Origin: Myxococcales bacterium
GTDB taxonomy: Bacteria; Desulfobacterota; Binatia; HRBIN30
DNA length: 64,000 nt
NCBI GenBank assembly: GCA_037445065.1
Contig: JBBILD010000018.1
Location: 1 to 64,000, forward strand
Direction: 5' to 3'
In this document: one piece after another, positions 1 to 14,337 of the stretch
Layout of the letters: each line of letters begins with the position of its first letter
Position numbering within the stretch: position 1 is the stretch's first letter
Notes under the pieces: generated by a model
What the model was told of the DNA's origin: nothing
The model's input: the letters and a program-made list of their open reading frames with translations, nothing else
The model's database searches: none
Made by a program: the position numbers and the translations under genes

Positions 1-690
1 CTCGGTCGGGGTCGCGGTATCCGTCGCAGTCTGGGTCACCGTCGGAGTTTCCGTAGGGGTTGGCGTCTCCGTCGGCGTGGCAGTTTCGGTGGGGGTCTGA
101 GTGACCGTCGGCGTGTCCGTAATGGTCGGAGTGGCGGTGACCGTCGGCGTTTCCGTTGGCGTGGCTGTCTCCGTTGGGGTAGCCGTTTCGGTTGGCGTCC
201 CGGTTTCCGTTGGAGTGGACGTTGGAGTGGGCGATTCGGTTGGCGTAGGACTGTCGGTGGGCGTGAGCGTGAGTGTTACCGTCGGTGTTGCGGTTTCGGT
301 CGCGGTGAGCGTCGGGGTCGCCGTCTCGGTGGGTGTTTCGGTGGGGGTGTGAGTCGGAGTTTCGGTTTCGCTCGGCGTCGCAGTCGGTGTCTCCGTTGGC
401 GTGGAAGACGCCGTTTCCGTCGGGCTTCCCGTTGGTGTCTCGGTTGGGGTTTCGCTGGGAGTCTCGGTCGGCGTCTCCGTCGGTGTCGCCGTGCTCGTGG
501 CTGTTTGCGTGGGCGTGAGAGGCTGCGTCTCAGTCGGGGAAGGAGTCACCGTTTCGGTGGGTGGCACGGTCGGCGAAGCCGTGGGTGTCACCGCAAGGGT
601 CGGCGTATCGGTTGCCGTTGGTGAGGCAACGAGCGTCGCACTCGGGGTGGGGGTGAAAAGCGGTGTCTCGGTTGGGGTGAGGGTCGGCAG
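1..690 (-). repeat. Degenerate coding tandem repeat (TPTE/TATP units)
   Basis: Recurring gtttccgttgg/gtctcggtggg-type 6-12 nt units encoding T-P-T-E. Confidence 0.85.
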
Positions 691-1515
691 GAGTTCGCCC
701 GTCACAAAAGAGTACGAGAAATCCAGTGTGCGAGGCGCTATCTGCAAAGTTTGCGCGCGCACGCGGACTTGCACTGTTGCCCCAACCGGGAAGGGGTTCT
801 CAGGCACGAACTCCAGCACGATCCCGCGCAGGCGCTTATCCTCGTTGGGAGAACAGGAGCGTGGGTCCTGGCCAAAGTCGGAGCAGGTCTCGAGCAGGCT
901 CTGGTCGAGCACAGACGAGCCGTCCACGAGCAAATCAACGCTATCCAGGTCGATTTCCCCCACTGCTGTAGCGAGGACGACGCGAATCGTCGGCAGCCGC
1001 AGAACGTCCCGTGATCCGGGGGCCGGTTCGATGACCGGCAAGAACGGTTGCGCCAACATATTTACGGTCGCCGTCACCGTCTGCCCCGCTACGACGGTTA
1101 CTTCCGTCTCGCCGACAAACGACGGCGGCACCTGAGCGATGCGATCGCGGGCCGCAAATGGCACGTCCCATCCGCGCACGCGCACTTGCACGAGCCCTGG
1201 GGGTAGGTTGCGAAACTCGACAGACCGGGTCTGACGCGGGTCAACGACCTGGGTTTGCGCGCCAACGCGCACCTCTATCGTAGACACGCTTGCCGGTAAC
1301 TCCGGAGAGCCCTCGAAGGCCCGCGGCCAACGCCGGGAAGAAGTACTCGAAGAAGGCACTTCCCAGAGTGTGCGCAGGCTGACGCTTCCCGTCGGGCTGC
1401 CTCCCCCTCCGCCACCGCCACCGCCGCATCCGGCCATGAGCCACAACCCGCACAGCGCTAGCGCAACGTTCCAGCGCCGAACCCAAACCAACACTCCCCG
1501 CAGTCCGCCGTCCAT
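1..1515 (-). CDS. Predicted lipoprotein with Ig-like region and long Thr/Pro/Glu-rich stalk (3' end runs off window)
   Basis: Not in the ORF track because there is no stop in the window. Translated by hand from ATG at 1515 (GAGGA SD upstream): [43 protein letters not shown]..., a lipobox-like LMAGC followed by poly-Gly, a beta-rich region, then >220 aa of TPTETPTET repeats. The + strand VGVSVGV ORFs are its antisense shadow. Confidence 0.85.
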   Translation of the reverse strand, partial: MDGGLRGVLVWVRRWNVALALCGLWLMAGCGGGGGGGGGSPTGSVSLRTLWEVPSSSTSSRRWPRAFEGSPELPASVSTIEVRVGAQTQVVDPRQTRSVEFRNLPPGLVQVRVRGWDVPFAARDRIAQVPPSFVGETEVTVVAGQTVTATVNMLAQPFLPVIEPAPGSRDVLRLPTIRVVLATAVGEIDLDSVDLLVDGSSVLDQSLLETCSDFGQDPRSCSPNEDKRLRGIVLEFVPENPFPVGATVQVRVRAQTLQIAPRTLDFSYSFVTGELLPTLTPTETPLFTPTPSATLVASPTATDTPTLAVTPTASPTVPPTETVTPSPTETQPLTPTQTATSTATPTETPTETPSETPTETPTGSPTETASSTPTETPTATPSETETPTHTPTETPTETATPTLTATETATPTVTLTLTPTDSPTPTESPTPTSTPTETGTPTETATPTETATPTETPTVTATPTITDTPTVTQTPTETATPTETPTPTETPTVTQTATDTATPTE

Positions 1516-1581
1516 CGTGAGTCCTCAGCCCTTACATCAGGGCCGCCGAAAAGGTCAAGGCACAAACAAGTGGATTTGGCT

Positions 1582-6366
<4,785 letters not shown>

Positions 6367-6369
6367 GGG

Positions 6370-6720
6370 GTGGCCGTGGGCACGGGCAGTGGGGAACATA
6401 TTCGCTTGCATGCGATCTTCGAAGGCTCCGTGCAGGGGGTGGGATTTCGCTACGCGGTGCGCCGGCTGGCGCAGCGGTACGGGGTCAGCGGCTGGGTGAG
6501 GAACCTGGCCTCGGGAGAAGTGGAGCTGGTCGGCGAAGGGGAACGCGGCGCGCTTGAGAAGGTGTTGGAAACGTGCCGGGCCGGGGCTGGTACGCCCGGC
6601 CAGGTTCGGAACGTTTGGATCGAGTGGCTGCCTGCGTCCGGGGAGTTCCGTGGGTTCGAGATCCGCACCAACGGGCCGCCCCGCTCACTCCTGCAGACGC
6701 CCGGGCCGCGCTCCGGTTGA
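6370..6720 (+). CDS. acyP: Acylphosphatase
   Basis: GSVQGVGFR and GWVRNL signatures. Confidence 0.92.
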   Translation: MAVGTGSGEHIRLHAIFEGSVQGVGFRYAVRRLAQRYGVSGWVRNLASGEVELVGEGERGALEKVLETCRAGAGTPGQVRNVWIEWLPASGEFRGFEIRTNGPPRSLLQTPGPRSG

Positions 6721-6745
6721 CTGCTCGCCCGCAACGGCCCACACT
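6717..6745 (+). promoter_or_regulatory. sigma70-type promoter, leaderless geometry (PTE gene)
   Basis: TTGACT-N17-CACACT-N7-ATG with no SD. Confidence 0.55.
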
Positions 6746-6752
6746 GCGGCGC

Positions 6753-7709
6753 ATGAGTATGGTGCAAACGGTTCTGGGGCCGATCTCTCCCGATGCCCTC
6801 GGGCTGACTCTCATGCACGAGCACCTGCTGATCGGGTGGCCCGGATGGCAATACGATGTAGCCGCGCCGCGGATGAGCCGCGCCGAGCTCGTGCGCATTT
6901 GCACGGAGCGGATGCTCGAACTCAAGTCGTACGGCGTACAGACGCTGGTGGACCCCTGCCCGATGGACCTCGGCCGCGACGTGGAACTTATGGTGGAGGT
7001 GTCGCGCAACAGCGGCGTGCACATCGTGTGCGCGACCGGCCTTTACAAGGAGGATCAGGGCAGCCCAGCCTACCTGCGTTTCCGCGCGCAATTTGCGGAT
7101 GCAACCCGCGAACTGTGTGAAAGCTTCGTGCGCGAAATCACCGAAGGCATCGGCTCGAGCGGCGTGAAACCCGGCGTCATCAAGGCTGCCACCGGTGCCC
7201 ACCGCATTACCGACTACGAGGAGATGGTCTTGCGCGCCGCCGCCCAAGCCGCCTGCGCCACTGGGCTGCCGATTACCACCCACACCGACGAAGGCACCAT
7301 GGGCCGCGAGCAGCTCGACATCTTTGCCGCTGAGGGCGTGGATTTGCGCCACGTGATCATCGGTCACTCGTGCGGCAGCGCCGACTTGCGCTACCACGTG
7401 GACCTCCTCGACCGCGGCTGCTTTGTCGGCTTCGACCGCTTCGGTCTAGAAATTCTGCAGCCCGATCGCCTGCGCTTGGCTGCCCTGATTGGTCTCGTGG
7501 GAATCGGGTTTCACAGGCAAATCGTGCTCTCGCACGACTCGGTGTGGTGCTGGCTCGGCCGCCCCTTACCGGTACCAGAATCGCTTTTGCCGCATTGGAA
7601 GCCGACGCACTTGTTCACCGAAATCGTGCCCCGCCTGCGCGACGCGGGAGTGAGCCAAGACAAAATTGACACCATGCTGATCGCGAACCCGCGGCGTTTT
7701 TTCTCATAA
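6753..7709 (+). CDS. Phosphotriesterase-family amidohydrolase (PTE/Php-like lactonase)
   Basis: VQTVLGPI..LGLTLMHEHL, IKAATG, TTHT, IGHS and SHD metal ligands. Confidence 0.92.
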   Translation: MSMVQTVLGPISPDALGLTLMHEHLLIGWPGWQYDVAAPRMSRAELVRICTERMLELKSYGVQTLVDPCPMDLGRDVELMVEVSRNSGVHIVCATGLYKEDQGSPAYLRFRAQFADATRELCESFVREITEGIGSSGVKPGVIKAATGAHRITDYEEMVLRAAAQAACATGLPITTHTDEGTMGREQLDIFAAEGVDLRHVIIGHSCGSADLRYHVDLLDRGCFVGFDRFGLEILQPDRLRLAALIGLVGIGFHRQIVLSHDSVWCWLGRPLPVPESLLPHWKPTHLFTEIVPRLRDAGVSQDKIDTMLIANPRRFFS

Positions 7710-8194
7710 GTCTCGGCGCGCCCGCCTAGTGTACGGCGCCCCGCGCCCGCAACCCGGAGGAGCCAGACGCTCGAGTCCGTCCTCCGCACCTGGGCTCGAG
7801 GCGGACCGGCACCCGCGGGCAACTGCGCGCACGGCAGGCGCAAAACATGCGCCCATGCCTCCGCTCGTGCCAACCTGGACCGTGCTGTTCGAACACAACG
7901 CGTTCCGGCACACCACGTAGCCTCAGCGCAAGCGGAACCGGGCACCCATTGGGAGTTCCAGAGGCAACGCCACCAAGGGCAGCCACGAGGGCTGCGCCGA
8001 CACGTCCGCCGGAGCGGAATTACCATGGTAGGCCACAACCGCCCAGGAGCCTGGTGGAACGGTGCCTCCTATCCCTCGCGGCGTTCCAGCGTGGCGGTGG
8101 AACGGCGTTCCGGACCTCCAGCGGCCTTATGCATCGCTCCGCATCCTAGCGATTCTCGTCGTAGCGCCGCTCTGTCGCCCCCGAAGTGCGCCTC

Positions 8195-8888
8195 TCAAGA
8201 GCCACGCTCGAGCCACTGCCGGTGCGCGTACAGAGAGGCCACGCCGAAGAGGGCCAGCAGCAACACCAGATCCCCTGCTTGCACCGGTGGAAGGCAAGAC
8301 GGGAACTGGGGCGCTGCCGAGCGTAAAGAAGACTTCGATTTCGATGTGGTCGACGCGCAGCTCCACGTTGTCCCCACCGCTCTGAGCAGCCACGATCACC
8401 CCGAAATTGGCCGCGTTGATATCCACCGGCGACTACGACAAGCCCCGAAGATCGGCGTCCCTACCATAGCTGGCGACGGTGTCCGTGGATGGCCAGCTGG
8501 TGAATGTGTCCACCTTGTTGTCCCCAGAACCGATCCCTCCAACGAGAAGCTGAACCGTCTCGTCCCGCACGGTGAAAAAGGGCGGCCCGGACCGAGAAAA
8601 CGAGCGTTTCCCTCTGACCTGAATCCCGGTGATGATCGCACTTGCCGGATTCGTGAAGCCATAGTCCTCGCAGCGCAAAAAGTCCGTCGTAAAAGCTCCC
8701 CCGCTCGAAACCGACGCGTGAGCGCCATCAGAAAGCCGCGCATTCGACGGATTTTTCCAGTCGAGGTTGCCCCGGTCCTGGTTTGTGCACAAAGCCGGCG
8801 ACCGACCCTGGGATACACACCACGCTCGTGCAATGAAGGAAACGTTGCATCCCGACACGAGCAGCAACTGTGTCAGCTTCCGGTCCAC
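8195..8888 (-). pseudogene. Disrupted paralog of the 11160..11849 surface protein (in-frame TAG plus frameshift)
   Basis: Track ORFs 8433..8936 and 8127..8426 are in the same frame, separated by TAG at 8433-8435 where the paralog has TGG (Trp). A 1-nt shift near 8270-8275 moves the TM/basic tail (LVLLLALFGVASLYAHRQWLERGS) into another frame ending at 8195. GTG start at 8888 after AGGAG. Confidence 0.85.
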
Positions 8889-9003
8889 GGCGCATCTCCT
8901 TTCTCCCAAGCGCACACTCTGCGGGAGAAGTGACACACGCCACAGTGCGGGCAGAGCTCGCTCCCCCGTCCTGCACAGCGCGGCTTGCCAAACGGTTGCA
9001 CGA
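8889..9003 (-). repeat. Conserved upstream/leader region, copy A (paired with 11850..11963)
   Basis: About 115 bp of colinear similarity, including the identical block ttctcccaagcgcacactctgcgggag at 8901-8927 and 11862-11888. Confidence 0.85.
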
Positions 9004-9497
9004 ACAAAGTCCCGTCCACTCTACTCATCGCGGGCCTCGCCACAACGAGCTCTCGGCTACGAAGATCCGCACGCTCCCGTCAAGAAAAATGGCCGAGTCT
9101 TTTTCCCTCGGGCCCGGACTACTCCTACCATCTACAGAACCCAGCGCCACTGGGAAATCCGGAGCAAAGGTGCGCGACACCGGGGAAGCCGCGGGCGGCA
9201 AGCCGTAGCTCAAGAACGGCAAACGAAGCTGTACGAGCCGTCTCCCCGCGCTGCTCGAACAGGCCACGGGAGAGCGGCTGCGCGAGAGCAACCCCACTGA
9301 TGGCCCGAAGCGAGGTCAAAGAAGGCGCCCGAGGGCAGGCCTGGCCGTTAGGGTGGTCACCGAGCACGCTCTCAGGATGGGAGGGTGCGGCGCATGCGCG
9401 AACCCACCTAACGAATTCACCCTTGACTGCGGTCTCGACTTGTTGCCACAAATCAAGCAAGCACACATCGGGGAGGTGCAACATTTTCCGCAACTTC

Positions 9498-10919
9498 ATG
9501 GTTTTCGCTGGCTTCGGGGCGCTTGTGTGCGCTTTGCCCGAGTCCGGCGCGGCGCTCTCGCCGCAAGCAAAAGCGGCACAACTCTGCCGGACAAAGCTCA
9601 GTGCCAAAGGCAAAGCCTACGCCAAAGCGCGGCGCAACTTGCTGCTCGCTTGTACCACCCGCTTACTCAAGTGCGCGCTGATCGAAGAGTTGGATCATGC
9701 GGATGCGAAAACCTGCCGTGACGCCGCGATCGCGTCCTGCATCACCAAGCTCAACACGCCCGGAAAAGGACTACAGAAGGCGAAGCAAACTTTCGTGGAC
9801 CAAGTAACGGCTGCGTGCGCCGGGATGGGAATTGCCAATGTGTGTTCCTTAGCTCCGGGAGGTCTCCAACTCGCCAACCTGCCGTTCTGCGGTACGGACT
9901 CCTCCGGTTGCGGTGGCAGCGACTTGCAGAGCCTCGTAAGTTGCCTGCGCAACTTGATTGACTCGTTCGTGGACCAAGAGGTAGGGCTGGTGGCCCCGCG
10001 CGCGGGGATTCTCCTCGACAACATCGGCTTGGGCGCCTTCTTCGGCGCCCTGCCGCGGCCAACGAGCCAGACAATCAACCTGACGCAAGACGGCAGCGGC
10101 AATTTGAACAATCCGGGAACGATTTTTCTCGCCGCCTCCGACCGACTGGGGTTCAATGCCGCGGCTCTTGCGTGCGGTACCAACGCCAATAACGGGAAGG
10201 TAGAGATCCGCGTCGGTCAAACCGGGACGAGCTGCAACGACTTGGTGGCCGACCAAACGGTTACGCTGCAAGAAAGTTATCTCGAACCCGGATACGTGGG
10301 CCCCTTCGACATGGACATGAAGTACTGCATCACCTGGAAAGACCCCGGAGGCGGCGGCTGCACCGGCGGGCAGGGGTCTTCCGTGTTCGGCACCATTGAC
10401 GTCAGCCCCGATTCCACCCCGCCGGCGACACCAGCCACTCGCCTTACGATGTTCTCCTGCCACAAAAAGATCCAGGGGCAGGGTAAAACAGTGGCTGGCT
10501 TTGTCGCTAACAAGCTCCACGCGTGCGGGGACAAGGTGGCAAAGTGCGAGTTGGCCAACGAGATTGACGGGTCCGGTACCTGCACCCCTTCGTATGCAAC
10601 ACCATGTTCGACCCTGGTGAGCGTGGTGGACAACAAACTCAGTACGAGCGCCGGGAAGATTACCGCCCCGACCAGCAAATGCGTCCTCGTCCCCTTCGCG
10701 CAATTGAAGTCGTTCGTCGGTGGTCTCGGTTTCAAGAGCGGGAGCTGCGGTTCCTCGGTGGACCTCAACTCGCTGTCCACGTGTGTCCTCGGTGCACCTT
10801 CGATGGACCTCGGTGTGGACTGCTTCGTGCAAAACACCAGCGGCCGCCGCGACCCGCGCTTGAAGCAGTCTCTCATGACCGCGGGGGTGAACACCGCCGA
10901 CTTTAGCTGCGTGCCGTAG
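9498..10919 (+). CDS. Secreted cysteine-rich protein with two related helical Cys-repeat regions around a beta-rich middle domain
   Basis: Signal-like N-terminus (MVFAGFGALVCALPESGAALS). Repeated units CRTKLSAKGKAYAKARRNLLLAC..LLKC and CHKKIQGQGKTVAGFVANKLHAC..VAKC. The track ORF 5' of ~9480 looks non-coding; an alternative ATT start at 9483 is possible. Confidence 0.8.
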   Translation: MVFAGFGALVCALPESGAALSPQAKAAQLCRTKLSAKGKAYAKARRNLLLACTTRLLKCALIEELDHADAKTCRDAAIASCITKLNTPGKGLQKAKQTFVDQVTAACAGMGIANVCSLAPGGLQLANLPFCGTDSSGCGGSDLQSLVSCLRNLIDSFVDQEVGLVAPRAGILLDNIGLGAFFGALPRPTSQTINLTQDGSGNLNNPGTIFLAASDRLGFNAAALACGTNANNGKVEIRVGQTGTSCNDLVADQTVTLQESYLEPGYVGPFDMDMKYCITWKDPGGGGCTGGQGSSVFGTIDVSPDSTPPATPATRLTMFSCHKKIQGQGKTVAGFVANKLHACGDKVAKCELANEIDGSGTCTPSYATPCSTLVSVVDNKLSTSAGKITAPTSKCVLVPFAQLKSFVGGLGFKSGSCGSSVDLNSLSTCVLGAPSMDLGVDCFVQNTSGRRDPRLKQSLMTAGVNTADFSCVP

Positions 10920-11159
10920 GAACCGAAGGAAGCACCGGAACGGGTGCAGGCGGCAGCACGCTGGCAAGCGCAAGCGGGCGTCTGCCGCCTGCCTCCAGCA
11001 AACCTGGATCGGGAGGCAACAGCCTCGACTCCCGCCCGCTCGTCAGCGCGGCGCGTGCAGCGAACCCAGCGGGGCAACGGGCACAGGGAAAACGGAACGA
11101 TCGCGGGGCGGGAACGCAGTTCGCAGCGGTCCCGCTCCGTGTAAACCTCGCAGTGCGGC

Positions 11160-11849
11160 TCACGAGCCGCGCCCGCGCCACCGCCCGCGCGCGTACAAAG
11201 AGGCCCCACCGAGGAGGGCCAACAGCAACACAAGCCCCCGACTCGCACCCGCGGAAGGCAACCCTGGCTCTGGGGCGGTTCCAAGTGTGTAGAAGGCTTC
11301 TATTGCGATATGGTCGACGCGCGGCACACTGTCGAAGCCAAAAGCCGCGAGGATCACCCCGAAACTGGATGCGTTGATATCCGATGGCGCCCAACTGACG
11401 TTCCAGAGATCGTTGCTCCCACCGTAAGCGTGGACGCCGTCCACGAATGGCGAATAAGTGGAAGTGTCGACTTTGTTATGGCCTGAGCTTAGCCCTGCTT
11501 TTAGGAGCTGGAGCGTATCGTCAACCGTTTCCTCGAACGGGTCGTTACGTTCGACACGAACCTGAATCCCTTCAATGATCGCTGCAGACGGAATGCTGAA
11601 CCCGTAGTTGTCGCAACGCAAAAAAGCCGTGGTAAAGGGGCCAATGCCGCTGCCGGCGTTAGGAGGGAACGCGTAAGGATCATCGGAGGTCGCCGCGTTC
11701 GCAGCACTGCCCCAATTCATGAAGAAGCCACCGCTTCGCTGGTTGGTGCACGACGAGGCCGAGCGGACCTGCGACAGGCCCCACAACGGTGCCGCGATGC
11801 CGAACGAGCATCCCAATACGAGCAGGAAATGCGTCAGCCTTTGCCTCAT
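11160..11849 (-). CDS. Secreted beta-sandwich protein with C-terminal sorting-like tail (PEP-x-LPSAG, TM, basic)
   Basis: ATG 11849 after GGGAG; signal peptide; YGG..DLW..W...DIN...FGV..VDHI.I domain; tail APEPGLPSAGASRG-LVLLLALLGGASLY-ARGRWRGRGS. Confidence 0.85.
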   Translation of the reverse strand: MRQRLTHFLLVLGCSFGIAAPLWGLSQVRSASSCTNQRSGGFFMNWGSAANAATSDDPYAFPPNAGSGIGPFTTAFLRCDNYGFSIPSAAIIEGIQVRVERNDPFEETVDDTLQLLKAGLSSGHNKVDTSTYSPFVDGVHAYGGSNDLWNVSWAPSDINASSFGVILAAFGFDSVPRVDHIAIEAFYTLGTAPEPGLPSAGASRGLVLLLALLGGASLYARGRWRGRGS

Positions 11850-11963
11850 GGCGCGTCTCCCTTCTCCCAAGCGCACACTCTGCGGGAGGAGTAACGCGCA
11901 CCACGGTTCGCCAGATCTCGCTCCGTCGTCCTGCACAGTGCCGCTTGCCCAACGATCGCACGA
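11850..11963 (-). repeat. Conserved upstream/leader region, copy B
   Basis: Colinear match to 8889..9003. Confidence 0.85.
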
Positions 11964-12546
11964 GTGAACTCCCGGCCGCCCCGCCGTTTCCGCTCCACAA
12001 CAACGGCGCCATGGCTACCACGAACCGGACGCGCAAGCCAAGCAAAATCGCCAGCCTAGCTGGCCTCCGGCACAGGAGAAGTGAGCGGGCACAAAACGCT
12101 ACGCACCCGGGCAAAGAGGGCAGCTCGTGCGAAGCAGCGGCCAGGAAGTAACGTGTCCCGGGCACGCTCGGATCGCGCTGTGTTGCCCTTCGGTGCACCG
12201 TGCAAGTCGCGCCCGCTGTCGAATCTGCGGGAGGGCTCACCACGCGCGTTGCGCGCGAGGGTACAACAGCGATCCCCTCCTCAGCCTACATGGGACCACA
12301 CTGCGGAGTCACCGAGCCGCAGGCTGAGCCGGCCGCAGCGGGATGTCCCTGCCCCCGACCTGCCGATTCCACCCTCGCACCCTGCCACTGCGGTGCTCTG
12401 CCGAATCGCTGCGAGCCGTTGTGCGCACACCCCTGTTGGCCTTGATGTTGCCCGATTCAGGGAGCTCTGTGCAGAGGTGCGCGCGACTCCCGAAAACCGT
12501 GAGCGGCCCGCGTTTCTTTCGCACCTTGGCGGCGATGGAGCGCTGC

Positions 12547-13431
12547 TCAGGGTTCCGCTCGCCGCTGGCGCAGGCCATACTGGTAGGCAGTGCGCCGGCT
12601 CACGCCGAAGCGGCGCGCAACCTCCTGTGCTGCTTCCTTGAGGTGTGCGCCACGCGCCAAAGCCTCGAGCAGCGCCTGCTGCCAGTCCGAGTCTTGCTGC
12701 GCGGTTTGCTCCACCCCTCTGCCCTCCACAACGATCGTTACCTCGCCGCGCAAAGGCGTGCCGCGAGCCTCGATGAGCTGCGCCACCTCGGCGGCGCTGC
12801 CGCGCAGAAACTCCTCGTGCAATTTGGTCAACTCGCGCGCCACCACCAAGCGGCGCGCGCCCAGCAGCTCCGCCATATCGGCGAGAGTGGAGAGCAGCCG
12901 CCGCGCGGCCTCGAAGCACACCCAGGTGCGTTCCTCGCCCGCCATCCGCGCCAACCAGTGGCGCCGCGCCTGCGCCCGTTCGGGGACGAACCCCTCGAAG
13001 GCAAAACGCTGGGCACTCAGGCCGGCGGCGCTGATGGCGGCGATCACCGCCGACGGACCCGGTACGGGCACCACCCGGATACCGGCTTCGATGGCGGCGC
13101 GGATCAAATGGTACCCGGGGTCCCGGATGCCAGGGGTCCCGGCGTCGGAAACCAGGGCAACGTCTTTTCCCGCGCGCAGCAGTGCCACCAAACGCGGGGC
13201 CTTCTCCCGTTCGACCCACTCGTCGTAGCGTGTGAGGCGGCTCGAAATACCGTAATGCTGCAAGAGTTTGCGCGTGTGGCGCGTGTCTTCGGCAGCGATC
13301 AGGTGAACCTCCCGCAGTACGCGCAAGGCGCGCAGTGTGATGTCCTCCAGGTTGCCGAGTGGAGTGGCGACCACGTACAAGGTTCCGGGCAAGGCGCTCG
13401 GTCGTGCCCTCCCCTCCTGTTCCGCGGGCAA
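12547..13431 (-). CDS. rsmI: 16S rRNA (cytidine1402-2'-O)-methyltransferase
   Basis: GTLYVVATPLGNLEDITLRAL, AEDTR, VSDAGTP, ARELTKLHEEF. Confidence 0.96.
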   Translation of the reverse strand: MPAEQEGRARPSALPGTLYVVATPLGNLEDITLRALRVLREVHLIAAEDTRHTRKLLQHYGISSRLTRYDEWVEREKAPRLVALLRAGKDVALVSDAGTPGIRDPGYHLIRAAIEAGIRVVPVPGPSAVIAAISAAGLSAQRFAFEGFVPERAQARRHWLARMAGEERTWVCFEAARRLLSTLADMAELLGARRLVVARELTKLHEEFLRGSAAEVAQLIEARGTPLRGEVTIVVEGRGVEQTAQQDSDWQQALLEALARGAHLKEAAQEVARRFGVSRRTAYQYGLRQRRAEP

Positions 13432-13434
13432 GCG

Positions 13435-14337
13435 CTACCTCCCCCAGTCGCGCGCGTAGCGGAAGTCTCGATCGATTGTGCGCTGCGAGACTTTGGCGAT
13501 CACCGGCAGGCGGCGCTTGAACTGCGAATTGCGCACCATGTCGCTGACCCGCTGCACGAACGCGGGGGAAAACCCCGCGACGTGCAATTCCGCGCGCGAG
13601 TAGCGGAGGTCCACCATGCAGTACAGCAACTCGTCCACCTCGCGGTAGCTAAAGCCCAGTTCCGCCTCGTCGGTTTGCCCCGCCCATAGATCGGCCGTGG
13701 GTTTCTTGCGCACGATTTCTTCTGGCACTCCCACGTACTCGGCCAGAGCCCACACTTGCGTTTTGTACAAGTCGCCGAGTGGGTTCACGGCTGAAGCCAT
13801 ATCGCCGTGCAGGGTACCGTAACCGAGCAAGAGCTCGGTTTTGTTGCTGGTCCCGAGCACCAAGGCGCGCCAGCGGGCAGAGTGGTCGTACAAGATGGTC
13901 ATGCGCTCGCGTGCCATTTTGTTCCCGCGGCGTAGTCGGTCGGCATCCGGGAAGCGAGCGAAATACGCGTCAATTTGCGGCGTGATCTCCACTTCGAGCG
14001 ACTCCACCCCAGCGCGCTCGATCAGCAGATCGGCGTGGCGGCGACTTTCCGGACTCGAAGTGCGGTAGGGCATCTTGATGGCGAGGACGTTGCTGGGGCC
14101 CAGCGCGCGCACCGCCAGCATGCAGCTCAAGGCTGAGTCCACGCCGCCCGAGACACCCACCACCACTCGCTCGAGGCCCACCTTCCGCACCTCGTTGGCG
14201 ATAAACGCGGTCAGGATACGGCAGAGGAGCGGAGGGTTGGTGGGAATTCGCGGCCGCAAGTGCCGCGCGCCCGCGCCGCTCGTTGCCGCCGCTGCGGCGT
14301 CCGGCACTTTGCCGGGTGAAGCGGAGGTGTCACTCAT
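13435..14337 (-). CDS. nadE: NAD+ synthetase (synthetase-only subunit)
   Basis: [44 protein letters not shown]. Confidence 0.95.
   Translation of the reverse strand: MSDTSASPGKVPDAAAAATSGAGARHLRPRIPTNPPLLCRILTAFIANEVRKVGLERVVVGVSGGVDSALSCMLAVRALGPSNVLAIKMPYRTSSPESRRHADLLIERAGVESLEVEITPQIDAYFARFPDADRLRRGNKMARERMTILYDHSARWRALVLGTSNKTELLLGYGTLHGDMASAVNPLGDLYKTQVWALAEYVGVPEEIVRKKPTADLWAGQTDEAELGFSYREVDELLYCMVDLRYSRAELHVAGFSPAFVQRVSDMVRNSQFKRRLPVIAKVSQRTIDRDFRYARDWGR

Noticed and set aside
1..690. CRISPR-like or non-coding tandem array
   Set aside because: The units are degenerate, codon-phased and lack repeat-spacer structure.
101..1135. + strand ORFs rich in VGVSVGV
   Set aside because: Antisense shadows of the minus-strand TPTE-repeat lipoprotein.
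7920..8050. Minus-strand fragment resembling a GGC..WLPLVAL..RFRLR C-terminal sorting tail
   Set aside because: It needs a frameshift, has no start or upstream domain, and has a charged residue in the hydrophobic part; at most a remnant.
9140..9210. Cobalamin-riboswitch-like words (GCCACTG..GGGAAG)
   Set aside because: The upstream GGGAA..GGTG.AA.TCC core and B12 box are absent, and no B12-related gene follows.
9265..9415. Glycine-riboswitch-like words (GGGAGAG, GAAGGCGC, CTCTCAGG) and a stem at 9345-9413
   Set aside because: Spacing and order do not fit the aptamer, and the downstream gene is unrelated; an Rfam scan would settle it.
12281..13689. Long alternative-frame ORFs over rsmI/nadE, and similar ones over ADH, mreB and glyQS
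   Set aside because: Shadow ORFs expected at high GC; the overlapping frames carry clear family motifs.
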